A stretch of DNA of 35,976 nucleotides from Anaerolineae bacterium (GCA_012031655.1 JAAUUD010000003.1:1-35976); one strand, 5' to 3'. Shown: positions 10,362-21,898, numbered from the stretch's first letter. Notes: generated from the letters alone by a model not told the origin. Made by a program: numbers and translations.

Positions 10362-11002
10362 TGCGCATTTGCGGCATGGATGAAGCCGGGCGCGGTCCGG
10401 TGGCGGGGCCGCTTGTGGCGGCGGCGGTGGTGGTGGATGAGGCCAGCCCAGAACTCGATGCCCGCGATGGCAAGACCATTGCAGCCAAAAAGCGCTTGGT
10501 CTGGGCGGAACGCCTGCGCGGCGAAGTGGACCAGGTTGAATATGCCCTGATCAGCGTGGAGGAGATCAACGAGCACGGCCTGGGTTGGGCGAACAAAGAG
10601 GTTTTTCGTCGCCTGATCGAGAAGATCGACGCTGATCAATACATTGTGGATGGCAACCTTAAGTTTGGCGACATGCTTGGGGAAAAAGGTGCGCGGGTGC
10701 AGTGTGTCGTGCGTGCCGACCAGCACATAAAAGTGGTTTCTGCCGCTTCGATCCTCGCCAAGACCCATCGCGATCAGCTCATGCTGGCCTTGCACGAACA
10801 ATACCCGGATTATGCCTGGCAACAGAACAAGGGCTACCCCACCCGCGCCCATATTCAAGCCCTCAATCGCCTGGGGCCAACCCCCTATCATCGCGACAAA
10901 GCCTACAGCACCGTAAAAAAAAATCTTGACGCGGGCGCTCCCCCTATTACCAACCCCTCGAACCTGCCGCGCCAGATGCGCCTGCCGATTGAGCTGGGCT
11001 AG
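10361..11002 (+). CDS. rnhB: Ribonuclease HII
   Basis: [44 protein letters not shown]; TGATG overlap. Confidence 0.93.
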   Translation: MRICGMDEAGRGPVAGPLVAAAVVVDEASPELDARDGKTIAAKKRLVWAERLRGEVDQVEYALISVEEINEHGLGWANKEVFRRLIEKIDADQYIVDGNLKFGDMLGEKGARVQCVVRADQHIKVVSAASILAKTHRDQLMLALHEQYPDYAWQQNKGYPTRAHIQALNRLGPTPYHRDKAYSTVKKNLDAGAPPITNPSNLPRQMRLPIELG

Positions 11003-11931
11003 CTGCCCTGGCGCAGGTTGTCCAGGGTATGTTGCAGATCCGGCGGGAGCGCGCTTCGATCGCCAAGGGTGTGTTGGTGGCGGGATGTGAGAAGCGCAGT
11101 TGTTGCGCGTGCAAAAAAACCGCTTGAGCTTGAGCGAGGGCTTGCGCCGTCCGTAGACCGTGTCGCCCACCACCGGATGACCGATCAGGGCCAGGTGTAC
11201 CCGAATCTGATGGGTGCGCCCTGTTTCCGGGCGAACTTCCAGCAAGCTATGGTTGGGGAAGGTTCCAGGGTGCGGAACACAGAGACTGCCGAGCGCCCAT
11301 CGCGGGTGGCGGCCATCTTTTTGCGCTGCCGGGGGTCGCGGCCCATCGGGGCGTCAATCCTGCCTGTTTCAGAAGGGGGTGCGCCTTCCACCAGCGCCAG
11401 GTAGACCTTCTCCACGCTCCGCGCCTGGAATTGCGCCATTAGCGCAGCCTGACTGGTTGCGTTGAGCGCCACCAGGATGACCCCAGAGGTGTCTTTATCC
11501 AGCCGATGCACGATCCCGGCGCGTTCTGGCTCGCCTACGCTGGCCACCTGGGGATAGCGGGCCAGAAGGGCGTTCACCAGGGTGCCGCTGATGTTGCCAT
11601 CGCCAGGGTGCACCACCATGCCCGCTGCTTTGTTGATCACCACCAGGTGCTCATCTTCGTAGAGCACCTCCAGCGGGAGCGCTTCGGGCAGCACTTCGCC
11701 AGCCGTGGGCATGGCTTCGGGCAGGCGTGCGCGCACGCGCGACCCTGCTTCCAACCGGGTAGAGGGTTTGGCGGGCTGATCATCAACCGAAGCAGCGCCC
11801 GCACGGATGAGCTGCTGCACCTGCGCCCGCGAGCACTGTGGCAGCACTTCCGCCAGGAACTTATCCAGCCGTTCCCCGGCAGCATCCTCCTCAATCAGAA
11901 AGTCATGGTCCATCAGGGGTGGTGTTTCCAT
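10999..11931 (-). CDS. RluA/RluD-family pseudouridine synthase with several frameshifts (about 11255, 11115, 11050)
   Basis: S4-like [28 protein letters not shown]; [10 protein letters not shown] and [11 protein letters not shown] appear in the second frame. Confidence 0.9.
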
Positions 11932-12062
11932 AGATCCATCATAGCGGAAAAACTACCCACCTAGCTAGTTGCACTTCCCCGGCAGGCTGCTTTAATGAAA
12001 AAGGTTGTTGCGATGGATGCTGATTACTTCAATTCGTTGAGCTGTTTAAGGAGATTGCCTGC

Positions 12063-12494
12063 GTGCAACCGACCAATCTGTACACCTTGCCACTGAGCCG
12101 CCCTGTTGACCCCTATGAACTGACCGCCGCGCTGGTTAACATCGCCCTGGTAGACCCGGCTGTGATCCTGGCTACAGAAGACCCACAGCGCGCTGCCTTG
12201 CCCACGCCAGGAACGCGGGTGGTGGGGTTTCTTTACCCCGGGTCGGGCGAATACCCTCAACTGCTGGACCTGATCTGGCTGAGCGCAGCACAAGCGTATG
12301 ACGGCGCTGGCGAACGTGCCTGGGCCGAAGCCCTTTGCACTGAGCTGGAGTGTTATGCGCTGGTGGCTGCTGATGACGCCCCGGATGACCCTTTCCAATA
12401 CCTGGAAATTGCCCCCGATGGGAGCACAAGCCGCGTGGCGCTGGACCCGCAAGCCGTTGATAACGGAGAAATCCTGATCGCCACGCGGTTTTAG
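12063..12494 (+). CDS. Hypothetical acidic protein
   Basis: 143-aa ORF, GTG start with AAGGAG Shine-Dalgarno. Confidence 0.7.
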   Translation: MQPTNLYTLPLSRPVDPYELTAALVNIALVDPAVILATEDPQRAALPTPGTRVVGFLYPGSGEYPQLLDLIWLSAAQAYDGAGERAWAEALCTELECYALVAADDAPDDPFQYLEIAPDGSTSRVALDPQAVDNGEILIATRF

Positions 12495-12500
12495 GACGGG

Positions 12501-13650
12501 CTAAAATTCCTGCCAATCGCGCATGAGGGCTGCCACCAGCGCCGTGCGGCGTGTCAGGCTGCGGATCAGGATATGCTCGTGTTGGGCGTGCATCCCAGCA
12601 CCATGGGCGCCCAGGCCATCCAACACGGGCATCCCCGTCGCGGCAATGAAGTTGCCATCGCTAGCCCCACCAGCACTGTCTTCGTAGAGCGTCATGCCAA
12701 TGCCTTCTGCGATGCGCCGCGCCTGGGCCACGGTGGCTTCCATGCGGGCGTTGCGCTCCATCGGTGGGCGATTGATGCTGCCTGTAATTTCCAGAGTGCT
12801 GCCTGGTAGCATGGGTTCTAAACTGCGGATGGCTGCGTCAACGCGGTCGGCTTCGCTCTGGTAGAAGAAGCGCACATCGACTTCGCAGCGGGCTTCGGCG
12901 GGGATGACGTTGCTGGCGGTGCCTCCCTGGACCTGGGTCACGCTGACTGAAGTGCCTGGCGCAGGGCGTTCAAGCTATGTAGCGCGATTGTCTGGTGGGC
13001 CAGTTCCACCACGGCATTCACCCCTTCTTCTGGCGCGGCCCCCGCGTGGGAGGCCTTCCCCCGGGCGGTGATAGTGTAGTTGCCGATGCCCTTGCGCCAG
13101 GTCTTAAGCCCTTCGTTATCCTGGGCGGCGGGTTCCATCACCAGGGTCAGGGCGCATTCAGCGGCAGTCTCCAGGATGATCTGGCGGCTGTGATGGCTGC
13201 CGGTTTCCTCATCGGTCGTCACCATCATGTAGATGGGGCGTTGTGGCATCTGGCCCAGCACTTGCAAGGCGCGGATGGCTTCGATAGCAATCACAATGCC
13301 CGCTTTCATGTCCAGCGCGCCTGGCCCATAAAAGCGGTCTTCATCCTGGCGGATAGGTACCTGATCTGGAAGCGTGCCGACTGGCCAGACGGTATCCATG
13401 TGGCAGAGCAGCAGGATGGGGCGCCCTGGGGCATTGGGGCTCCAGATGCCCATCAAGATGTCGCCCACGGTGGCAGCAGGTAGCGCCGGAGGTTTGCGCG
13501 GCGGTCTGACATCTGCGCCTGCACAAAGCGCCCCAGGGCATCAACCCGGGGTTTGTCATGCGAGGGCGATTCAAACTCAACCAGCTTTCGCAAGAGGTCC
13601 AGCATGGGCGGCGTACGGTCATCAAAGTAAGTGTTCCAGTCCTTAAACAT
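12501..13650 (-). CDS. M20-family metallopeptidase (carboxypeptidase G2-like), frameshifted near 13480 and 12955
   Basis: ESPSHDK, CHMDTVWP, GPGALDMKAG, DEETGS, SHAG, SNVIP, GGASDGN, LDGLG, HAQHE spread over three ORFs. Confidence 0.88.
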
Positions 13651-13756
13651 ACGTCCTTTGCCTCTGTGGGGGGCCCTGAGGGTCCCGATTGTTGCCAAGC
13701 ATAGCCTGAATTCCCGCTTGCGCCCATTTCGGGTGTTCATTACGCTACAATAGTCT

Positions 13757-13773
13757 AGGGGAGTCACTCCCCT
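13757..13773. promoter_or_regulatory. Perfect dyad, candidate operator between divergent genes
   Basis: AGGGGAGT-C-ACTCCCCT next to TACAAT (+, 13746-13751) and TAGACT (-, 13752-13757). Confidence 0.5.
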
Positions 13774-13804
13774 GGATGTATGCTGTCTGAAATATTGAGG
13801 GTGT

Positions 13805-16404
13805 ATGGGAAAGAAGAAAAACAAGCCGATCCTGGGGCGCGATGACCTGGTGATGTTGGTCAAGGCCTCTCCTGCAGGCGTGTTGCGGCGGTATGAACTG
13901 TACGCGCTCTGGCGGATGGTCAACGAATCAATTCAGGAAGCGCGCGGCCTGGGGTTGGTAGCCACAATCAATGACCTAGTCTATGATCCAGATCGGTTGG
14001 AGCGCCCAGCAGCCGAAGCCGTGGCCGAAAACGGCGCTGGGACGGGCCTGCCCAGCTTTGCGCGCTGGGTTCACGAGTTGCTGAGCGCAGCGCAGGCGCC
14101 GGCTGTGCCGCTGGAAGACCTCAAAAAACAAATTGGAGATTACTTTAGCCCGCGCCTGATGGACCCGGTCGAGGTCGCAGAATTGGGTATCGAAAGCCTG
14201 ACCCTGCGCCTCTTTGAACCTTTCATGTGTGGTTCTATCTGCGTACCGAGTCTGGCGAAGCCGTCTATGACTATGCTCTGGCGGAGGCCGAACGCCTCCA
14301 CGAAGCCGCCTGGCAGGCAGTCGCGGAGTGGGCTGGGCCAGAGTTGCGCGAGGGCGCGCGCCTGACCGGCCAGGAACCGCCCAAAACGCAAGCCCTGGCG
14401 CGGCTCTACTCGCGTCACCAGCTAGAAAACGCGCTGGCTTTGCCGCTACGCGTGCTGCGGTTGCTGCTCCAGCAAGAAAAGATGGAGCACCGCCTTTGCC
14501 CGGATGGAGTGGTGCGTTTTCGGGCGCAAGACGTGCACCAGTTACGCGATAATCCCGCTCGTTTGCAGGATGTCGAGGATGAGTTCGAACTGACTTCGCA
14601 CCAGTTGCGCTTGCTGACAGACCTGAAGCTGAACTACCTGCGGACGCACCTCCATAACGCCGGGGTTAAGCCGACCGGCTCTCGCGGGCAGGGGCATAAC
14701 GAAACCCTGTGGTATCGCTGGGGCGATGTGCGCCAGGTTTTCTGGCCAGATGGCGACCATCCCAACATCGCGGATATTGAGCTTATCGAAGAAACGGGTG
14801 GTTCTGGGCGGGCCTGGTGGAGCGACCAACTAACGGCCCTGCACGATGAAATTGAGGACAAAAAGCGCAAGCGGCGCGATGCCCGCGACCGCCGCCGCCA
14901 GGAGATGCGCGAGCAACGTGCTCAACTCCGCGCCCAGATGATCGATAACTTCCCTAGCTGGCTGCGCGACCCTGAATTTGAGCAAACCGCGTTCATCCAC
15001 GTAGGGCCAACCAACTCTGGCAAAACGCACGATGCCCTGGTGGAGCTATCCAAAACGGAGAGCGGTTGGTACCTGGCGCCCTTGCGCTTGCTGGCACGCG
15101 AGGTCTTCGAGAAGCTGAACCGGATGGGCGTCTATTGCTCCCTGTTAACAGGTGAAGAGCGCATCGACGTCCCCGGCGCAACCTTCACCGCCGCCACCGT
15201 AGAGATGTTCAACCCCCTGCATAGCGGGGATTGCGTGGTGGTGGACGAAGCGCACCTGGTGGGCGATGATCAACGCGGTTGGGCCTGGACGCAAGCCCTC
15301 GTCCGCGCCGAGGCGCCCCAATTGCGCGTGATTACGGCCCCGCATGGCCTGAACCTGCTCACCCGTATCTTTGAAAATACGGGCGTCGAAACCCAGGTGC
15401 TCCATCATCAGCGGATGGTGCCGCTGGAGGTTGCCGACCGCCCCTGGGACCTCTCCCATCTGCCCCCTCGCACGATCCTGGTGGCCTTCACCCGGCGCGA
15501 TGTGCTGCGCCTGAAGTACGAACTGCAACAGATGGGCCGTAGCGTGGCGGTGGTCTATGGCGCGTTGCCGCCAGAAGTTCGCCTGAAGCAAGCCGAGCGC
15601 TTTGCACGGGGCGAGGTCGAAATCTGCGTGGCCACCGATGCGGTTGGCATGGGGCTCAACCTCCCGGCAGATAATGTGGTGTTTTCTACGCTGCGCAAGT
15701 TCGATGGCAAGCAACGCCGCCGCCTGGAGGCGTCTGAGCTTCAGCAGATTGCAGGCCGAGCCGGGCGTTTTGGCATGTCGGAGCGCGGCCTGGTGAACGG
15801 CATCAACAAGGGAATCCTGGATGAAGTCCGCAAGTTGATGAACCAGCCCATCCCGGATGTTGGTGCGGCTCGCCTGGCGCCGCGCACAGATGAAATCGAG
15901 CTGCTGGAAGGCGATCTGGTGGAGCGGCTCATCACCTGGCAGAAGCTCAACGCCATCCCTGACGACCTGCGCGGGATTGTTACCTCCACTGAAATGGATG
16001 ACCGCATTGAGTTGGCGCGCTTCTTGAGCTACGAGGACCTTTTTAAGCTGGGCGTGGATCGTGCGCTGACGCTGGTCAATGCGCCCGTTCGCAGCGAAAG
16101 CCAGGAATACTGGGTGGAGTGCGCCACCGCCATCCTGGAAGATACCGAACTGCCCCAGCCGCCACCCTCGCTAACGCGCATCAGCGAAGGGGCCAGCCTC
16201 AAACGGGCCGAAGCGGTGATCGCCTGCATTGACATTTACCTGTGGCTGGCCTATCGCCAACCCTTCCAACATCTGGTGCAGGATGTACAACCGATTATGC
16301 TGCAACGCGAAGCGCTCATCCGCGAAATGGATCTGGCGCTCATGAAGAAGTTCGACCCGAACGCCTCGCGCGGGCGTAGCGGCACCTGGAACGAGTACTT
16401 CTAG
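13805..16404 (+). CDS. Suv3-like SF2 helicase with extended N-terminus (probable frameshift near 14220)
   Basis: HVGPTNSGKT, YLAPLRLLA, TVEM, DEAH, RGWAWT, YGALPPEVR, ATDAVGMGLNL, QIAGRAGR. Confidence 0.88.
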
Positions 16405-16473
16405 GCCAAGTCAGACTCGCTTTTTTGTTCTAGTGCTGGTAGACTTGAAGTAAGCAAGTGTCAGGGGGTTCCA

Positions 16474-18019
16474 TTGGCAAACCAGGCGCTCTATCTCAAG
16501 TGGCGGCCTCAGGCCTTCGATGAGATGATTGGGCAAGAGCACATCGTGCAAACCCTGCGCAATGCCCTGCGACAGGAGCGTATTCGCCATGCATATCTGT
16601 TCAGCGGGCCGCGTGGCACGGGCAAAACCTCCTCGGCGCGTTTGCTGGCCAAGGCCGTCAATTGCCTGGAGCCCAACCCGAACCGCCGCCCCTGTAACGC
16701 CTGCCACACCTGCCAGATGGTCAACGAAGGGCGTTTTCTGGACCTCATCGAAATTGACGCGGCCTCGCACACCGGGGTTGATGATGTGCGCGACCTGCGC
16801 GAGAAGATCGCGTTTGCGCCCACAGAGGGCCGCTACAAGGTCTACATTATTGACGAAGTGCATCGTTTTTCGGCGGCTGCCTTCGATGCCCTGCTAAAAA
16901 CCCTGGAAGAACCCCCTGCCCATGCGATTTTCGTCCTGGCCACCACCGAAATAGATAAAGTGCCCGCCACGATCAAGAGCCGCTGTTTGCTCTTTGAATT
17001 TCGGCGTGTTTCGCTACGCCAGGTGATGGAACGCCTACAAATGATCTGCGATGATGAGTCGATCTCCATCGAACCGGCGGCGCTGGAACTCATCGCACGG
17101 CAGGGGACCGGCAGCGTGCGCGATAGCATCAGCTTGCTGGATCAGGTCATTGCTGATCCCGAACAGCATATTTCCCTGGAACTTGCCCAGCGGATGTTGG
17201 GGGCGGTGGGCAGCCAGGCCGTCATCCATCTGGCGCAGGCGATTTTCGAGCGCGATGCCCCCCTGGGCCTGGACATCCTGAACGAAGCGCTGGATATGGG
17301 CGCTGACCCACGCCAATTCGCGCAACAGGTGGTCGAGCACCTGCGGAATGTGTTGCTGGTGCAGATCGGCGGACGGGCGGTGGTGGATGCCTCCGACGAA
17401 ATGCGCGATATCCTGGCGGACCAGGCCGTGCTGGCGGAACGTGCGCTGTTGATGCGTGCTGTCCGTGCCTTTAATGGCGCGGTAGCGGAACTGCGCGGCG
17501 GTTGGCAACCCCAGTTGCCGCTTGAGCTGGCCTTGCTAGAAAGCGTTGATACGCCCGTGGTTGCCCCTGTTCAGGACCCAGCCCGGTTCGGCGTGCCGAA
17601 ACACCTCGCCCGCAGCCGCAAGAACGCTGTGCCCGCCCCACTGCCGCTGCCTGCTGTGGCTCCGCCGCAAGGCGCACCGGGCGTCGCTGCGGATTTGCCC
17701 GTGCTCGCCCAGTGGGATGAGGTCGTCAATTACATTAAAAGCGCCCTGCGCTCCGCTTCGATTTCTGGCCTGATCGACCATGCCCAGCCACAACGCTTTC
17801 AGCAGGGCGTGCTTTACCTGAGCGCCGAAAACGACTTCTTCCGGACGCGGTTGGAAAAAGCCCGGGAGGATCTCCTGGCGGCGCTGCTGGCCGTCTTTGG
17901 CCAGCCTGTGCAGGTCAAAATCGAGATAGGTAGCGTGGGGCAGCGCCCTAACCGCCCAGGGGGATGATTTGCTTGATGAAGCGATGAGCCTGGGAGCAGA
18001 AATCACTGAGTTGGATTGA
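16474..18019 (+). CDS. dnaX: DNA polymerase III subunit gamma/tau; the last about 20 codons are in a shifted frame
   Basis: ALYLKWRPQ.F, GPRGTGKTS, Zn cysteines, EIDAAS, IIDEVH, KSRC; C-terminal DDLLDEAMSLGAEITELD ends at TGA 18019. Confidence 0.93.
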
Positions 18020-18042
18020 GGAAGAGGAAGGATTACGCAACT

Positions 18043-18441
18043 ATGGTCAAGAAGATGAAGCCGAAGGGCACCTCTCGGAAGCCAGCTGGCGGGGGCGGCA
18101 TGGGCAACCCCAACGCGATGATGGCCCAGCTCCAAAAAATGCAGGACGACATGGCCGAAGCCCAGAAGCAGCTCGAAACCGAAACGCTGGAAGTGAGCGT
18201 GGGCGGCGGCGCGATTAGTGTGGTCGTAACAGGCCACCAGCGTATACAGTCCATTCAGATCAATAAAGAAGCAATTGATCTGGAAGACGAAGAATGGCTG
18301 GAAGACCTCCAGGACCTGTTGGTAGCAGCCTTTAACCAGGCTATTGAGCAGTCGCAGGCCATGGCCACCGAGCGGATGGAAGCCATCACCGGTGGTTTGG
18401 GCGGAGGTCTACCCGGTGGGCTAGGTGGGTTGCTCGGCTAA
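18043..18441 (+). CDS. ybaB: YbaB/EbfC nucleoid-associated protein
   Basis: QKMQ..M..AQ..L, GGGAISVVVTG, EDLQDLLVAAFNQA; lies between dnaX and recR. Confidence 0.9.
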   Translation: MVKKMKPKGTSRKPAGGGGMGNPNAMMAQLQKMQDDMAEAQKQLETETLEVSVGGGAISVVVTGHQRIQSIQINKEAIDLEDEEWLEDLQDLLVAAFNQAIEQSQAMATERMEAITGGLGGGLPGGLGGLLG

Positions 18442-18839
18442 TGCGCCGCCTGATCCTTAGCTGGCTGGTCAACGCAGTGAGCTTGTTTGTGGTGGCCAGC
18501 GTGCTGCCGGGGGTTACGCTCGCTGAGGGGATCACTACCCTGCTGCTGGTGGCGTTGCTCATCGGGCTGATCAACGCTGTGCTACGCCCGTTGCTCTATT
18601 TTGCCAGTTGCGGCCTGATTGTATTAACGCTGGGGTTGATTATCCCCATCTTGAATGCGCTCTTGCTGCTGCTGGCGGATCGGCTGGCTGGGGATCGTTT
18701 TGAAATCGCTGGGATTGGTTGGGCCATCATCGCCGCGCTGATGATGGGCGTCATTAATGCCGTACTGACGCAGATTTTGGCGCCAGAAAAAGAGAAGAAA
18801 GACAAGGACAAAGGGCCATATGTCATTAACGCCCGTTAA
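18441..18839 (+). CDS. 4-TMS phage-holin-family membrane protein (YvlD-like)
   Basis: WLVNAVSL, PGV, GLINAVLRPLL, LTLGL..ILNALLL. Confidence 0.85.
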   Translation: MRRLILSWLVNAVSLFVVASVLPGVTLAEGITTLLLVALLIGLINAVLRPLLYFASCGLIVLTLGLIIPILNALLLLLADRLAGDRFEIAGIGWAIIAALMMGVINAVLTQILAPEKEKKDKDKGPYVINAR

Positions 18840-19440
18840 CCGCAGCTTGCCGCCCAGCATCCAAAAAACCATTGAGGCGTTTTCGCGCTTGCCAGGCATT
18901 GGGCCGAAGTCTGCTTCGCGGCTCGCCTACTACCTGCTCCGTTCCCCGGATGAGGTAGCCCTGAGCCTGGCGGCTGCCCTGACCGACCTCAAGCAAAACA
19001 CGCGCTTTTGCAGCATTTGCTTTAATATTACCGAGCAGCCCATCTGTGCGATCTGCGCAGACGAGCGCCGCGATCGCGACAAGGTGGTGGTAGTGGAAGA
19101 ACCGTTAGACCTGGTGGCGATGGAGCGTACCAGGGCATATAACGGGCGCTACCATGTTCTGCACGGCGCGATCCGCCCGGTCGAGGGGATCGGTCCAGAT
19201 GATCTCAAAATTCGGGAGCTGGTTGCACGAATTCCGGCAGAAGGCATCCTTGAAGTCATCATCGCCACCAATCCCAGTACCGAAGGCGAAGCAACCGCGT
19301 TCACGGTGCAGCGTTACCTCGAAGGGCTGGGCGTGCGTATCACCCGCCTGGCGCGTGGTCTGCCCACAGGGAGCGACCTGGAGTATGTAGACTCTCTCAC
19401 GCTCACCCGTGCTCTGCAGGGCCGCTACGACCTCTCTTAA
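18820..19440 (+). CDS. recR: Recombination mediator RecR
   Basis: LPGIGPKSA.RLA, C4 zinc finger, YHVLHG, ATNPSTEGEAT, RLARGLP.G.DLEYVD. Confidence 0.96.
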   Translation: MSLTPVNRSLPPSIQKTIEAFSRLPGIGPKSASRLAYYLLRSPDEVALSLAAALTDLKQNTRFCSICFNITEQPICAICADERRDRDKVVVVEEPLDLVAMERTRAYNGRYHVLHGAIRPVEGIGPDDLKIRELVARIPAEGILEVIIATNPSTEGEATAFTVQRYLEGLGVRITRLARGLPTGSDLEYVDSLTLTRALQGRYDLS

Positions 19441-19481
19441 ATCTCGTTTGGCTTGGCTCGCCCCCAAATCCAAAGTTTCCC

Positions 19482-19511
19482 TTGAGGACCCTTTCAAAGA
19501 TGGAGTAAGCT
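19482..19511 (+). promoter_or_regulatory. rrn promoter P1 (putative)
   Basis: TTGAGG-18 nt-TAAGCT; shares CCTTGA and GGAGTAA context with P2. Confidence 0.5.
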
Positions 19512-19564
19512 GCTCGCTACTAAATTGGGCAGCTCAAGAAACTGAGCATAAGAAGCGAGGACGC

Positions 19565-19627
19565 TGAAGCACGCTAGGTGGTTAGGGGGTAGAAACACCC
19601 TCCTACAAACGATCGCTGCCGTGCTCA
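19565..19627 (+). repeat. Structured leader motif, copy 1
   Basis: GCACGCT-AGGTGGTTA-GGGGG..GAAA..CCC-..GATCGCT-GCCGTGC, similar to 19762-19857. Confidence 0.6.
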
Positions 19628-19672
19628 CCAACGCAAGTTTAACCCAATTTAATCCAAAATCTTAAATCCCCC

Positions 19673-19701
19673 TTGACGGCAAAACAGGGTGGGAGTAATA
19701 T
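19673..19701 (+). promoter_or_regulatory. rrn promoter P2 with AT-rich UP-like element (19636-19667)
   Basis: TTGACG-17 nt-TAATAT. Confidence 0.8.
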
Positions 19702-19761
19702 ATTTTTTACGACGTCAACGAAGATCAAACTTCGGTGGGGTTGAGAAAACCGAGCGAAGGA

Positions 19762-19857
19762 GGAGGCGCGCACGCTGAGAGCAGCAAGCAGCTCAGGTGG
19801 TTAAGGGGGAGGGAAAGCCAGCCCCCGGTAAAGAGGACCACTGCCGTGCCCGCCGCC
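19762..19857 (+). repeat. Structured leader motif, copy 2
   Basis: GCACGCT-[hairpin]-AGGTGGTTA-GGGGG..GAAA..CCCCC-..GACCACT-GCCGTGC. Confidence 0.6.
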
Positions 19858-19883
19858 GCGCGAGAAAGCTCCGCGGCGTTTTT
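19854..19883 (+). terminator. Terminator-like hairpin in the 16S leader
   Basis: CGCCGCG...CGCGGCG followed by TTTTT. Confidence 0.55.
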
Positions 19884-19895
19884 GATGCGAGGTTT

Positions 19896-19925
19896 GCACC
19901 TTAACAGCAGAATAGTGGTAAACAG
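19896..19925 (+). promoter_or_regulatory. boxA-like element and 5' strand of the 16S processing stem
   Basis: GCACCTTAACAGCAGAATAGTGGTAAACAG is largely complementary to CTGTTTACCACTATTGTGCGGTTGAGAGGT at 21530-21559. Confidence 0.75.
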
Positions 19926-19991
19926 CAAGTGCGTGCAACAAAAGCAAGAACCCAGCGTGCTCAGCTCTGCGGAGTGGAGCGCGAACAAATT

Positions 19992-21484
<1,493 letters not shown>

Positions 21485-21580
21485 TAAGGCTGGCTGAGCG
21501 CTCACGCGCCAGCCGCAAGCAGGCCAGGACTGTTTACCACTATTGTGCGGTTGAGAGGTCAACCGTGCGCCAGCTGGAGA

Positions 21581-21654
21581 GGGAATGTAGCTCAGCTGGT
21601 TAGAGCACTCGCCTGATAAGCGAGAGGTCACAGGTTCGAGTCCTGTCATTCCCA
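21581..21654 (+). tRNA. tRNA-Ile(GAT), CCA not encoded
   Basis: GGGAATG/CATTCCC acceptor stem, CTCGC CT-GAT-AA GCGAG anticodon arm, GGTTCGAGTCC. Confidence 0.97.
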
Positions 21655-21661
21655 TGTGGGC

Positions 21662-21734
21662 GGGGACATAGCTCAGCTGGGAGAGCGCCTGCTTTGCAAG
21701 CAGGAAGTCAGGGGTTCGAGTCCCCTTGTCTCCA
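21662..21734 (+). tRNA. tRNA-Ala(TGC), CCA not encoded
   Basis: GGGGACA/TGTCTCC with G3:U70, CCTGC TT-TGC-AA GCAGG. Confidence 0.97.
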
Positions 21735-21745
21735 CAACCTGGAGG

Positions 21746-21774
21746 TTGACAGGCGGTTAGGGGTCTGGTAAGCT
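21746..21774 (+). promoter_or_regulatory. Internal promoter upstream of 23S (P3, putative)
   Basis: TTGACA-17 nt-TAAGCT, starting 12 nt after tRNA-Ala. Confidence 0.7.
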
Positions 21775-21898
21775 TTCAGGTAAGCAAGACCCTATCAAGA
21801 GGAGCACGCGAATTTGGGCAGCACGGCCATAACAAGACGCAGGAGCAACGGCAGCTAGGGCGGCAAGTCCTGGCCCTGTCGGATGGACAAGACTCCTG

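Noticed and set aside
10187-11245. 352-aa minus-strand ORF as a real gene
   Set aside because: It is a frameshifted RluA fragment reading on antisense to rnhB.
17850-18019. Programmed frameshift or slippage in dnaX (gamma/tau)
   Set aside because: GAAAAAG at about 17854 is not the A-AAA-AAG heptamer. The visible break is in G-runs about 20 codons from the end and matches the window-wide indel pattern.
18441-18839. Prophage
   Set aside because: No endolysin, integrase, structural genes or att repeats; this family is often chromosomal.
19774-19820. Hammerhead ribozyme (CTGA...GAAA)
   Set aside because: CTGAGAG does not match CUGANGA, and CTGAG pairs with CTCAG as a simple hairpin.
19565-19883. 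T-box, ZTP or lysine riboswitch identity for the leader motif
   Set aside because: It has GGTGGTTA rather than GGTGGNACC and no specifier stem, no CGCCTGGGC pseudoknot, and no lysine-riboswitch core beyond GAGGCGC.
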